A stretch of 43,147 bases of DNA from an uncultured Megasphaera sp. (GTDB taxonomy: Bacteria; Bacillota; Negativicutes; Veillonellales; Megasphaeraceae), in the NCBI GenBank assembly GCA_902464195.1, contig CABQJB010000001.1, positions 1 through 43,147 of the forward strand. The letters are read 5' to 3'. Under the pieces are notes generated by a model. That model ran no database searches and was not told where the DNA came from. It saw only the letters and a list, made by a program, of their open reading frames with translations. This document shows positions 19,595 to 28,593 of the stretch, piece after piece (the stretch's first letter is position 1; every line of letters starts with the position of its first letter). Position numbers and translations under genes: made by a program.

Positions 19595-19678
19595 GGGCCG
19601 CCCTTTGGGACGGCCCCTACGGAGCGGCCTGCGGCCTGCAAACTGCGGTCTGCGGGCCGCCCTTGGGGCGGCCCCTAC
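19595..19678 (-). repeat. Two tandem GTAG-family REP-like palindromes separated by CTGCNNN heptamers
   Basis: Minus strand GTAG-GGGCCGCCCCAAGGGCGGCCC (19678-19654) and GTAG-GGGCCGTCCCAAAGGGCGGCCC (19620-19595). Confidence 0.75.
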
Positions 19679-20607
19679 AGCATTTTTACGACGATAGGCT
19701 CGGTGCGCAATCGGTGGAAATCGCAGTGCCGGACGAGTTCGTCCCGGCTGTAGCGGCGCTGTTCCGGCACCAGGCCGCCGGCGTAGGCCAGGTAGGACAA
19801 GATGTCTTCTGCCGTAAGGCCCCGTTCCCGCAGAGAGCGGATGGTGATGCCGTGCTGGCGCTTGGACAGGCGGTTCCCGTCTTCATCGACGAGCATGGGC
19901 ACGTGGGTGTATACGGGTGGCGTATAACCCAACGTTTCCATGAGCCATATCTGCTGGGCCGTCGACGATAACAGGTCTTCGCCGCGCAGGACATGGGTGA
20001 TGGCCATGGCCCCGTCGTCGACGGAAACGGCCAGCTGATAGGCGTACATATCGTCGGCCCGGCGGACGACGAAGTCACCGCAGCAGCGCGTCAGGTCTTC
20101 GTGGAAGGTCCCGTAGATGCCATCTGTAAAGGAAATGGTCCGTTCCGGCACGTGGACCCGCCACGATGGCTTCTTGGTCATCTGCTTTCGCTGGGCTTCG
20201 CTCAGGCCGTAGCAATGGCCATCGTAGACGATATGCTCACCGGCATGAGGAGCACCGACGGCCTGCAAGCGGGCGCGGCTGCAATAACAGGGATACAAAA
20301 GGCCGGCGTCTTTGAGTTTATCCAGGGCCGCTTCATAGCGGTCGTATCGTTCCTGCTGGATGTACGGCCCGTAAGGCCCGCCTATATCAGGCCCTTCATC
20401 CCAATCGAGGCCCAGCCAGTGCAGGTCTTCCATGAGGGCCCGGGTAAAGGCCGGTTTCGACCGCTGTTCATCGATATCTTCGATCCGCAGAACCAAGGTC
20501 CCGCCGGCCTGGCGCACTTGCAGCCAGGCCAGGAAGGCCGACCAGACATTGCCCAAATGGATATAGCCTGTCGGGCTCGGCGCAAAACGTCCGCGCATAA
20601 TACTCAC
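19675..20607 (-). CDS. gluQ: Glutamyl-queuosine tRNA(Asp) synthetase
   Basis: GRFAPSPTG..HLGN, LRIEDID, YPCYCSR..YDGHC, YQLAVSVDD, LSKR; 310 aa with no anticodon-binding domain. Confidence 0.9.
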   Translation of the reverse strand: MSIMRGRFAPSPTGYIHLGNVWSAFLAWLQVRQAGGTLVLRIEDIDEQRSKPAFTRALMEDLHWLGLDWDEGPDIGGPYGPYIQQERYDRYEAALDKLKDAGLLYPCYCSRARLQAVGAPHAGEHIVYDGHCYGLSEAQRKQMTKKPSWRVHVPERTISFTDGIYGTFHEDLTRCCGDFVVRRADDMYAYQLAVSVDDGAMAITHVLRGEDLLSSTAQQIWLMETLGYTPPVYTHVPMLVDEDGNRLSKRQHGITIRSLRERGLTAEDILSYLAYAGGLVPEQRRYSRDELVRHCDFHRLRTEPIVVKML

Positions 20608-20610
20608 ATC

Positions 20611-23532
20611 CTAATCGGGCAGCGAAATGAGGCTGGTGAACAAGTCCTTCGCTTCGCGTATCTTGGCTTCACTGCCCATGACGCAGATATTATCATCGGC
20701 CATGACGGTGCGGATGCGCGGTGCCAGGGCCCGGATGTCGGCCGCTGTCGTCGCCAGCAGCTGATCCCGGCGCTGCTGAGCGATGGCATCGGTCGTTCCC
20801 GTGAAATACCGGGTCATGGCCTTGGCCCCTCTCAGGGACGGCGTCAAGGGGATGTCGACGCGGCTCAAAGTCCCGATGACGTACTTCGTCATTTCCCGGT
20901 CCGATACGTCGAAGGATTCCAGATAATCCGCCAGGGCATCGTAAGCTTCGACACTGGAGCGGAGGTTGGGGTCGCGGTACGAGCAGAAGACCATGTCGCC
21001 GTTGTCATAGAAACGGGTAAAGGCGCCGTACGCCCCGCCTTGGACGCGGATCTTCGTCCACAAGTAACCGTACTGGAGGATCGTATCGAGAACCATGAGC
21101 GAGCCATTATAATCGTAACCGTGGCTGCGGAAGTTGCCGCCTTTAGCGACATACTGGACGGTACCACTAGTCATGATGCCTTCATTCTTTTGAGACAGGC
21201 CGAAATCGCACAATCCCTGGGGCTTTTCGCCCTGCGGCAGGGCCGTAATCCACGACGGTACGACGACTTTCGCCGTCTGCCAATCGTCCCGGCTGGCCGT
21301 CACTTCCAGGGTCAGGGCCGAACGGGTAAAGATTTTCTTCATGACTGCAGCGAGTTTGGCGCCGATTTCTTCGGCATCCGTATGGATGCGGCGGGCGATG
21401 TCAGTAATGAATTCGTAGTACGACAATTCCCCGGCATCGCAGAAGGCTTCTACTGGCGAAACATAGGACAAGACGCGGTGCATGACAATCGTATGGCCCC
21501 GGCGGAATGCGTCCATATCCCAGCCGGACTTCGTTTCTTCCACGAGTTCGACCAGGCGGTCCTTATTGGTGAAGACCGTATGCAGGGAGATTTCCTTCAA
21601 CAAATCGACGAGTTTGTCCAGGTTCTGCGTCAGGCCTTTGGCCTTGAAGCGGAAGACCGGCATGTAGTCCTTGTTGTCCGTCCGGTTCGAAAAGGCCGAT
21701 ACACTGTAGTCGATGCCGCCAGTATACAAGTCGATGAGCGAAGCGATTTCCCCATACGTGTGGTCTGTCGTATCCATATCGCCAATAAGGTCGCTCAGCA
21801 GGTAGACATAGGAAATTTCTTCCCGTGTCAGGCCGTGGAGGTCGAAATAGGCATTGACATAGGTAATGCCATTCGTTTCATCCGGAACGTAGCAGACCGG
21901 GACGCCGTCTGCATCGAGCTTTTCCATGACGATCGTATCGGTTTTCTTTTCCAGGTCATCCCGTGTCAGGGTCGGAATCGTTTCCAGAGCTTCCGGCGAA
22001 TCCGGCGTAGCCTGCCGCTTCTGCAGGGCCTGGGAATCAGCTACGATGGCGTCGATTTCTTCTTTGGAGAGAGACGCCTTATAAGCAGCCAGCTTGTCGG
22101 CCAGGGCCTTATCATGCCGTTCGGTCAGACCCGGTTCCGGAACTAAAGAGACGAGAGCATAATAAGGATTGTCGAGAATGTATTTCTGGATGAGGCCTTC
22201 AAAATAGCCATTGTCGATACCGCGGCGCAACACGTCCAGGGAACCTTCATAGGACAAGGCAGCCAGAGGGTCCATATCGTAGAGCCACGTATCCATGCAG
22301 CGGATGCCGTAGATGAGGCCCTTCGGGCGTCCGACGAAATCGGCTTCGCGCAGGATGAATTCCGTCCGGTTCAAGGCGCCTGTGAGCAGGGTCTTGTCCA
22401 GGCCGTCGCGGACCATGCCGCTGAGGACGTCGCGGACGATAGGCAGGATCTTGTCCTGTTTATCCGGGTCCGAGCCATTGACGGAAATGCCCCACAAGGG
22501 CTGCAGGAGACCATCCTGGAAGTCACCGGAAATATCCTTGCCCAGACCGGCGTCGACCAGGGCTTTCTTCAGCGGCGCTGCCGGCGACTGCAGGAGGACG
22601 TAAGTCAAAACTTTGAAGGCCATGGCCACTGTCGGATCCAGGGCATCGTCGATGACATAGGTCAGGCTGTGCAGTGTCTTATGGTCCGTCTTTTCCCCCG
22701 TGGCAATGCCGTAAGGGTAGGTCTTGACCTGGCTGCCCGGGCATGCCTGGCGGCCGATGGCCGAATCAATCGTTTCGACATGGAACTGGCTCAGGTATTC
22801 ATCATCGATGAAGGCCAGGGTCTGGTCGATATCCATATCGCCGTAGAGGAAGATGTAACTGTTCGACGGATGGTAATATTTAGCGTGGAAAGCGGCAAAG
22901 CCTTCTTGCGTCAAGTTCGGGATGTCGTCAGGGTTGCCGCCCGATTCGACGCCATACGTCGTGTCCGGGAAGAGCGTATCCATGACGTGCCGTTCCATCT
23001 GCGAATCCGGTGACGAGAAGACGCCTTTCATTTCGTTGTAGACGACGCCACGATAAGTCAATTCATCGTCAGCCGAGTCGAGATGATAATGCCATCCTTC
23101 CTGCATGAGGACCTGTTTGTCCTTGATCATGTTCGGGAAGAAGACGGCATCGAGATAGACGTCCATGAGGTTCTTGAAATCAGCAGCGTTGCGGCTGGCT
23201 ACGGGATACATGGTCTTGTCCGGGAAGGTCATGGCGTTGAGGAAGGTGTTGAGGGATCCCTTCACCAATTCGACAAAGGGTTCCTTGAGAGGGAACTTAC
23301 GCGAGCCGCAGAGCGTCGAATGTTCGCAGATATGGGGCACGCCGGTACTGTCCGACGGCGTCGTCCGGAAAGAAATGGAAAAGACTTTATTGTCGTCGTC
23401 ATTCTGGATATATAACAGGCGGGCACCGGACTGGATGTGGTGCAGCTCATAGGCCTGGCTGTGCAGTTCCGGTACGTAACGGGACCGGTCGACGGCAAAG
23501 CCATGGATCATCTGTTTTTCTTGTAACTTCAT
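20611..23532 (-). CDS. M16C insulinase/presequence-protease-like Zn metallopeptidase
   Basis: HICEH inverted Zn motif, FLNAMTFPDKT.YP, GVVYNEMKG, GGAYG, SYRDP. Confidence 0.92.
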   Translation of the reverse strand: MKLQEKQMIHGFAVDRSRYVPELHSQAYELHHIQSGARLLYIQNDDDNKVFSISFRTTPSDSTGVPHICEHSTLCGSRKFPLKEPFVELVKGSLNTFLNAMTFPDKTMYPVASRNAADFKNLMDVYLDAVFFPNMIKDKQVLMQEGWHYHLDSADDELTYRGVVYNEMKGVFSSPDSQMERHVMDTLFPDTTYGVESGGNPDDIPNLTQEGFAAFHAKYYHPSNSYIFLYGDMDIDQTLAFIDDEYLSQFHVETIDSAIGRQACPGSQVKTYPYGIATGEKTDHKTLHSLTYVIDDALDPTVAMAFKVLTYVLLQSPAAPLKKALVDAGLGKDISGDFQDGLLQPLWGISVNGSDPDKQDKILPIVRDVLSGMVRDGLDKTLLTGALNRTEFILREADFVGRPKGLIYGIRCMDTWLYDMDPLAALSYEGSLDVLRRGIDNGYFEGLIQKYILDNPYYALVSLVPEPGLTERHDKALADKLAAYKASLSKEEIDAIVADSQALQKRQATPDSPEALETIPTLTRDDLEKKTDTIVMEKLDADGVPVCYVPDETNGITYVNAYFDLHGLTREEISYVYLLSDLIGDMDTTDHTYGEIASLIDLYTGGIDYSVSAFSNRTDNKDYMPVFRFKAKGLTQNLDKLVDLLKEISLHTVFTNKDRLVELVEETKSGWDMDAFRRGHTIVMHRVLSYVSPVEAFCDAGELSYYEFITDIARRIHTDAEEIGAKLAAVMKKIFTRSALTLEVTASRDDWQTAKVVVPSWITALPQGEKPQGLCDFGLSQKNEGIMTSGTVQYVAKGGNFRSHGYDYNGSLMVLDTILQYGYLWTKIRVQGGAYGAFTRFYDNGDMVFCSYRDPNLRSSVEAYDALADYLESFDVSDREMTKYVIGTLSRVDIPLTPSLRGAKAMTRYFTGTTDAIAQQRRDQLLATTAADIRALAPRIRTVMADDNICVMGSEAKIREAKDLFTSLISLPD

Positions 23533-23578
23533 AAAAATGCTCCTTCATCACTTATTATATAATGTATTATAGCTAGTA

Positions 23579-24226
23579 CTATGCTTGCAAAAGTAATCGC
23601 TTCAAATCCCCTACGGTCGCTGCCGTGTAATCGGGCTGGAAGGCCTTCCGTTCCGCTTCGTCGCCATAGCCATAGGTAACATAGATAACGGGCAGGCCCA
23701 GTTCGTGGGCGCCGATGATGTCGAAGCGGCGGTCGCCGACCATGACGGCGTCGCCTTTTCCCACCGGTCCCAGGCCAGCTAGGATGCGCCGCATGACGTC
23801 AGCCTTGGTATCGGTACCGCCGACAGCCGGCCCGGCAATGGCTTCCACATAGGGAGCGATGCCGAACTTCTGGCAAATCGCCTCGGCATGGACCTGGGGT
23901 TTGGAGGTCGCGACGAACGAGCGGATGCCCGCTTCCTTCATGGCCTTGAGCATGGGCACGATGCCATCAAAAGCCCGGTTCTCGAACTTGCCGATCGTGC
24001 TGTAGCGTTCCTGGAAATAGGCATAAGTCTGGCGGGCCTTTTCCGTCGAAAAACCATAGACGTCTTCAAAGGTCGTCAACAGCGGCGGCCCGACGATGGT
24101 ATGCTGATCCAGACGGCCTTCCGTCGATTCCCCCATCTGTTCCAGGGCATAGGCTACGGACTTGATGATGCCTTCTTTGGAATCGGTCAAGGTCCCGTCG
24201 AGATCGAATAAAACGTATTTATACAT
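23579..24226 (-). CDS. HAD-IA hydrolase (phosphoglycolate phosphatase/5'-nucleotidase-like)
   Basis: FDLDGTLTDS, ATSK, MVGDR..D..GA. Confidence 0.88.
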   Translation of the reverse strand: MYKYVLFDLDGTLTDSKEGIIKSVAYALEQMGESTEGRLDQHTIVGPPLLTTFEDVYGFSTEKARQTYAYFQERYSTIGKFENRAFDGIVPMLKAMKEAGIRSFVATSKPQVHAEAICQKFGIAPYVEAIAGPAVGGTDTKADVMRRILAGLGPVGKGDAVMVGDRRFDIIGAHELGLPVIYVTYGYGDEAERKAFQPDYTAATVGDLKRLLLQA

Positions 24227-24337
24227 GTAACTTCTCCTGTAAAACTATACTTATTGTGTACCCTATCTATTTTAGCTTGCTTTGCCAATATTTGCAATCA
24301 TTTATACAGGGCAAAGACCGTGAAAAAATTCTCATTG

Positions 24338-24367
24338 TTGACCTTTTTACTACACTTATGATATAAT
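24338..24367 (+). promoter_or_regulatory. SigA promoter of aldehyde dehydrogenase
   Basis: TTGACC, 18 bp, TATAAT with extended TG. Confidence 0.65.
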
Positions 24368-24429
24368 GATGTCACATTAACAAATAATCATTTTTTCTTA
24401 TGTTCATTGCGTAGAAAGGAAGTGTCTTG

Positions 24430-25908
24430 ATGAAAAACGTCATCCGCCCCTCTTACGATTTATATATTAATGGCCGCTGGGTCCCGTCCAGCGACGGTTC
24501 TACCTTTAAAGCCATCAACCCGGCTAACGGTGAAGTCCTGTCGGTCTGTGCCGAAGCAACGCAGGACGATGTCAACGCCGCCGTCCGCGCCGCCCAGGCC
24601 GCCTTCCCGGCCTGGAAAAAGGTGTCACCCCAAAAACGGCAATCCATCCTCCTGAAAATTGCCGACATCATCGAAAAGAACGCCGACACGCTGGCCCTCA
24701 TCGAAACATTGGACAATGGCAAGCCCATCCGGGAAACGAAGGCTGTCGACATCCCGGCAGCTGCCGACCATTTCCGCTACTTCGCCGGCGTCGTCCGCAG
24801 CGAAGACGGCCGGGCATCGACGCTGGACGACCATACGCTGAGTCCGGTCATCCATGAACCGATCGGTGTTGTCGGCCAGATTATCCCGTGGAACTTCCCC
24901 TTCCTCATGGCCGCCTGGAAGCTGGCACCGGCCCTGGCCGCCGGCTGTACGATTATCCTCAAGCCATCGAGTACGACGTCCCTCAGCGTCCTGGAACTGA
25001 TGCACCTCCTGGAAGGCGTCCTGCCTGACGGCGTCGTCAACGTCATCACCGGCAAAGGCTCCCGGTCGGGCCAGTACATCCTCGACCATCCGGATATCCA
25101 GAAGCTGGCCTTCACGGGCTCTACGGAAATCGGCCGCGACGTCTACAAAGCGGCTCAGGAAAAACTCATCCCGGCGACATTGGAACTGGGCGGCAAATCG
25201 GCGAACATCTTCTTCGACGACTGCGACTGGGACATGGCCATGGACGGCGCTCAGCTGGGCATCCTCTTCAACCAGGGCCAGGTCTGCTGTGCCGGTTCCC
25301 GCATCTTTGTCCAGAAAGGGATCTACGATAAATTCGTCGCTGAACTGGCCGAACGCTTCAACCGCGTCAAAGTCGGCCTGCCCTGGCTGGAAGACACGCA
25401 GATGGGCGCCCAGATTGACGGCCGTCAGGTCGAAAAAATCCTCAGCTACATCGAAATCGGCAAACAGGAAGGAGCCCGCCTGGTCTGCGGCGGCGAAAAG
25501 GCAACCGCCGGTGGCCTCGACAAGGGCAATTTCATCAAGCCGACGATTTTCGCCGACGTCACCAACGACATGCGCATCGCCCAGGAAGAAATCTTCGGCC
25601 CTGTCGTCTGCATCCTGCCTTTTGAAACGGAAGACGAAGTCATCGCCCTGGCCAATGCCAGCGAATACGGCTTAGGCGGCGCCGTCTGGACGCGCGACAT
25701 CAACCGGGCCCTGCGCGTAGCCAAAGGCGTCGAAACGGGCCGCATGTGGGTCAACACCTATAATGCCCTGCCGGCCGGCGCTCCCTTCGGCGGCTATAAG
25801 CTGTCCGGCATCGGCCGCGAAACGGACAAGACGACCATGCGCCATTACATGCAGACCAAGAATATCTTCATCAACCTCTCGGAAAAACCGAGCGGCTTAT
25901 ACGAATAA
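24430..25908 (+). CDS. NAD(P)-dependent aldehyde dehydrogenase (AldB-like)
   Basis: IIPWNFP, FTGST, LELGGKS, NQGQVCCAGSR (catalytic Cys), EEIFGPV, PFGGYK.SG.GRE. Confidence 0.95.
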   Translation: MKNVIRPSYDLYINGRWVPSSDGSTFKAINPANGEVLSVCAEATQDDVNAAVRAAQAAFPAWKKVSPQKRQSILLKIADIIEKNADTLALIETLDNGKPIRETKAVDIPAAADHFRYFAGVVRSEDGRASTLDDHTLSPVIHEPIGVVGQIIPWNFPFLMAAWKLAPALAAGCTIILKPSSTTSLSVLELMHLLEGVLPDGVVNVITGKGSRSGQYILDHPDIQKLAFTGSTEIGRDVYKAAQEKLIPATLELGGKSANIFFDDCDWDMAMDGAQLGILFNQGQVCCAGSRIFVQKGIYDKFVAELAERFNRVKVGLPWLEDTQMGAQIDGRQVEKILSYIEIGKQEGARLVCGGEKATAGGLDKGNFIKPTIFADVTNDMRIAQEEIFGPVVCILPFETEDEVIALANASEYGLGGAVWTRDINRALRVAKGVETGRMWVNTYNALPAGAPFGGYKLSGIGRETDKTTMRHYMQTKNIFINLSEKPSGLYE

Positions 25909-25934
25909 GCAATCACGAAAGGACACTTCCCCCT

Positions 25935-26063
25935 ATGACAGCTAAAAAAATCATCTCCCTCCTGCTCATGCTGCTCCTGGCCTGTACGGCCGTCTACGGC
26001 TTCACCACCGTCGAACGTCCGGCAGCGCCGCAGGCCACGACGAGTGCCAGCACCAAGAAATAA
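25935..26063 (+). CDS. Small 42-aa exported or lipoprotein-like peptide (below ORF-track cutoff)
   Basis: MTAKKIISLLLMLLLACTAVYGFTTVERPAAPQATTSASTKK; GAAAGGA upstream; mostly C/G-ending codons like neighbouring genes. Confidence 0.65.
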   Translation: MTAKKIISLLLMLLLACTAVYGFTTVERPAAPQATTSASTKK

Positions 26064-26066
26064 CGA

Positions 26067-26095
26067 TTGACAAGGACCTCCTTTCTTCCTATAAT
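26067..26095 (+). promoter_or_regulatory. Consensus SigA promoter of the exonuclease gene; spacer contains an anti-SD
   Basis: TTGACA, 17 bp, TATAAT; spacer ACCTCCTTTCTTC is the reverse complement of GAAGAAAGGAGGT (26110-26122). Confidence 0.85.
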
Positions 26096-26128
26096 GAAAC
26101 CATTGCAGAGAAGAAAGGAGGTTTTTCC

Positions 26129-26761
26129 ATGAAAAAGTTACTGTCGAAAAAAGAAAAAGCCCGGCGCCAGAGCATCCGCCGGTCTCCGAAGATCAAACAG
26201 GCCATCCGCCGCCTCGACCCGGCCCGCATCCTGACGCTGGACCTGGAAACGACGGGCCTCACAGCCGACGCCGAAATCATCCAGCTGTCCATCATGAACG
26301 GCTGCGGCGACGTCCTCATGAACCGCTATTTCAAGCCCCTCTATACAGAGCGCTGGGATGAAGCGATGGAAGTCAATCACATCACGCCGGAACAGGTCGC
26401 CTGTGAAGACCCGTTCATCCTCTGGGCCGATACAGTCAGCAGCCTTTTCATGGATGCAGACCTCATCGTCGGCTACAGCACCTTCAACGACATCGCCAAG
26501 CTCCACGCGTCGGGCGTCGTCCTGCCGGACAAGGACATCTACCTCGACCTGGCCGAAGCTTTCTCCCTCATCCATTACCAGGAAACGAAGACCATCACCT
26601 ATGAGAAGCTCATGAACTGCGCCGCCCACTACGGCTACCACGGCCGCAACTGGCATGACAGCCTGACCGATACGGATGCGACGCTCTTCTGCTTCCAGCA
26701 CATGCTCGATGACGACCAGGCCATCTTCAAAAAACGCCGTTACCCGCAAATCAGCGGATAA
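26129..26761 (+). CDS. DEDDh 3'-5' exonuclease (DnaQ-like)
   Basis: ExoI LDLETTGL, ExoII GYSTFND, ExoIII HDSLTD. Confidence 0.88.
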   Translation: MKKLLSKKEKARRQSIRRSPKIKQAIRRLDPARILTLDLETTGLTADAEIIQLSIMNGCGDVLMNRYFKPLYTERWDEAMEVNHITPEQVACEDPFILWADTVSSLFMDADLIVGYSTFNDIAKLHASGVVLPDKDIYLDLAEAFSLIHYQETKTITYEKLMNCAAHYGYHGRNWHDSLTDTDATLFCFQHMLDDDQAIFKKRRYPQISG

Positions 26762-26780
26762 CGGCGTTTCGTCGTCTCAG

Positions 26781-27413
26781 CTAGACGCCCCGGTCATCGG
26801 GGTTCCAGATAATCTTGTGGAGCTGGAGCTGCATGTGCCAGTCCGTCAGGCGGTGTTCCTTCATGAACTCGACGATGCGCCGCGGCTCGATTTTACCGAA
26901 AACGGCGCCGACGTAGACGGCACACTTCGGCCGGTATAATCGATAGACGCCCAGGGCCTGGCGCAGGTCGGCTTCATCGCCGACGACAAACTTCAGGACG
27001 TCCTGGGGGCGGAGCTTCTCGAAGTTCTCCGGCAGCATGCGGTTGGCCATGTCCGAAGACAGGCTCTTATAATCGACAGTGAACCAGACGTGGTCGTATT
27101 TGAAATACGGTTCGATGTCCATACTGCCATTGGTCTCGATATTGACACTGTGCCCTTTGAGCCCTTCCAAGAGGGCGTGGATGTCCTGGCACAGCGGTTC
27201 ACCGCCAGTCAGGGTGACATTAGGATAGGACACTTGGGCGATGATATCGGCAATGTCCATGTGCCGCCCTTCGTTAAAGGCATAGGCCGTATCGCAGTAA
27301 GAACAGCGCAGGTTGCAGCCGCAGAGGCGGATGAACGTCGCCAGCTGGCCGGCCTTTTTGCCTTCGCCGTCGATGCTGTCGAAAATCTCATTGACACAGA
27401 GGCTATAATTCAT
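26781..27413 (-). CDS. queE: 7-carboxy-7-deazaguanine synthase (radical SAM)
   Basis: EIF.SIDGEG, CNLRCSYCDT, TGGEP, IETNG, QLQLHK.IW. Confidence 0.9.
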   Translation of the reverse strand: MNYSLCVNEIFDSIDGEGKKAGQLATFIRLCGCNLRCSYCDTAYAFNEGRHMDIADIIAQVSYPNVTLTGGEPLCQDIHALLEGLKGHSVNIETNGSMDIEPYFKYDHVWFTVDYKSLSSDMANRMLPENFEKLRPQDVLKFVVGDEADLRQALGVYRLYRPKCAVYVGAVFGKIEPRRIVEFMKEHRLTDWHMQLQLHKIIWNPDDRGV

Positions 27414-27732
27414 AAGTGGCCACGTTCCCTTCGCTTTCCTGGACCGTCACTTTGACACAATGAGGAACGGTGTCGCAGATCCACTTGGCGATATTTTCTG
27501 CCGTCGGATTGAAGTCGAAGACATCGTTCAGATTCTGGTGATCCATCTTGGCGTGGACCATTTCCTTGATTTTCTTGAAATCGACGACCATGCCGTTGCG
27601 GTCCAGTGTTTCGGCCTGGCAGGTCACATAGATGATCCAGTTATGACCGTGGAGATGCTCGCACTTGCTCTCATAATCGAGGACCAGGTGATGGGCAGCG
27701 GATACTTCCATCCGCTTGGTTACAGTATACAA
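27403..27732 (-). CDS. queD: 6-carboxy-5,6,7,8-tetrahydropterin synthase
   Basis: AAH, C..LHGHNW, DH..LN, PTAEN; TTG start with GGAGG RBS; overlaps queE. Confidence 0.9.
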   Translation of the reverse strand: MYTVTKRMEVSAAHHLVLDYESKCEHLHGHNWIIYVTCQAETLDRNGMVVDFKKIKEMVHAKMDHQNLNDVFDFNPTAENIAKWICDTVPHCVKVTVQESEGNVATYEL

Positions 27733-27762
27733 AAAGCGTTCCTCCCTTGCCGCGCAGACCGG

Positions 27763-28587
27763 CTATAAGCCCAGCTGGTAGATGCGGTTGGCATTATTAA
27801 AGAAGACGTCATCCCAATACGTTTCAGGGATGAAATCTTTGACAAAGGTAATATAATCGGCAAAATTAGCCAGGGGCCAGTCGGTCCCGAACATGACCCG
27901 GTCATAAGAACCGAGATAGTTCAGCCAGTCCCGGAGCATGGAGATATAACCCCGCTTATCCCGCAAGAACGTGACCATGTCGGGAATCTTCCCTTCCAGG
28001 AGGCCCGACAAGTCGACGGCGACATTGTGGTTCTTTTCCAGGACGGCAATGGCATCCTGCAGGAAGGGATTGCCGATATGGCACATGACGAACTGGACGT
28101 CGGGATATTTGACAGCCGCTTCATCAAGGGTCATGGGATGGCTGTACTTCAAGAGGGCATTGGCCGTCGCCGTCAGGCCCGTGTGGATGGCGACGGGCTT
28201 GTTATACTTCCGGGCCAGCTCGTAGATGGGGTCGTAGATTTCATCGTAGACGTAGACATGATTATAGCCCGGATAGAGCTTGATACCGCAGCACTGCCTG
28301 CGCTTGAGGTTCTCTTCAACTTGGGCCGTCATGAGATCCATGTCATCGTAAAAGACGTTACTGTCCAGGCCGATGCAGTAACTCATGTAGTCGGGATAAT
28401 GATGGCCTGCCGGATCCAGGGTCTTGTTGCCCATGACGACGCCATGGACGATGTTATTATCCTGGAAAGCCTTATGCAGGCACTCTTCGGTATTCGTATA
28501 GCCCGCAGCAATGGCAATCTGGTTGAAGCCGACGTAGTCACAGAAATGGAAGTGGCTGTCAATGACCCGTAATTCTTTAGCTCTCAT
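27763..28587 (-). CDS. Amidohydrolase-superfamily metallohydrolase (Amidohydro_2 type)
   Basis: IDSHFH, GIKLYPGY, IHTG, CH.G, FGTDWP. Confidence 0.85.
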   Translation of the reverse strand: MRAKELRVIDSHFHFCDYVGFNQIAIAAGYTNTEECLHKAFQDNNIVHGVVMGNKTLDPAGHHYPDYMSYCIGLDSNVFYDDMDLMTAQVEENLKRRQCCGIKLYPGYNHVYVYDEIYDPIYELARKYNKPVAIHTGLTATANALLKYSHPMTLDEAAVKYPDVQFVMCHIGNPFLQDAIAVLEKNHNVAVDLSGLLEGKIPDMVTFLRDKRGYISMLRDWLNYLGSYDRVMFGTDWPLANFADYITFVKDFIPETYWDDVFFNNANRIYQLGL

Positions 28588-28593
28588 AAGCGA

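Noticed and set aside
19431..19678. Possible CRISPR array
   Set aside because: No constant-length repeats separated by unique spacers, and no cas genes in the window
19327..19753. Short ORFs 19327-19512 (-) and 19559-19753 (+)
   Set aside because: They run through the MraZ operator, a terminator and repeats; the translations just reflect the repeats
19675..20607. Truncated gltX pseudogene
   Set aside because: Length and motifs fit an intact GluQ, which naturally lacks the anticodon-binding domain
19993..22146. 717-aa plus-strand ORF, and similar long ORFs at 15922-17316, 31431-32924, 12455-13477, 10120-11118
   Set aside because: Antisense shadows of well-supported genes, expected from strong codon bias; no motifs or RBS
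26129..27732. Exonuclease + queE + queD as a dpd-type DNA 7-deazaguanine modification or defence island
   Set aside because: No dpdA/tgt paralogue or other dpd genes; the exonuclease is convergent and separately promoted; queF, queT and gluQ point to tRNA queuosine
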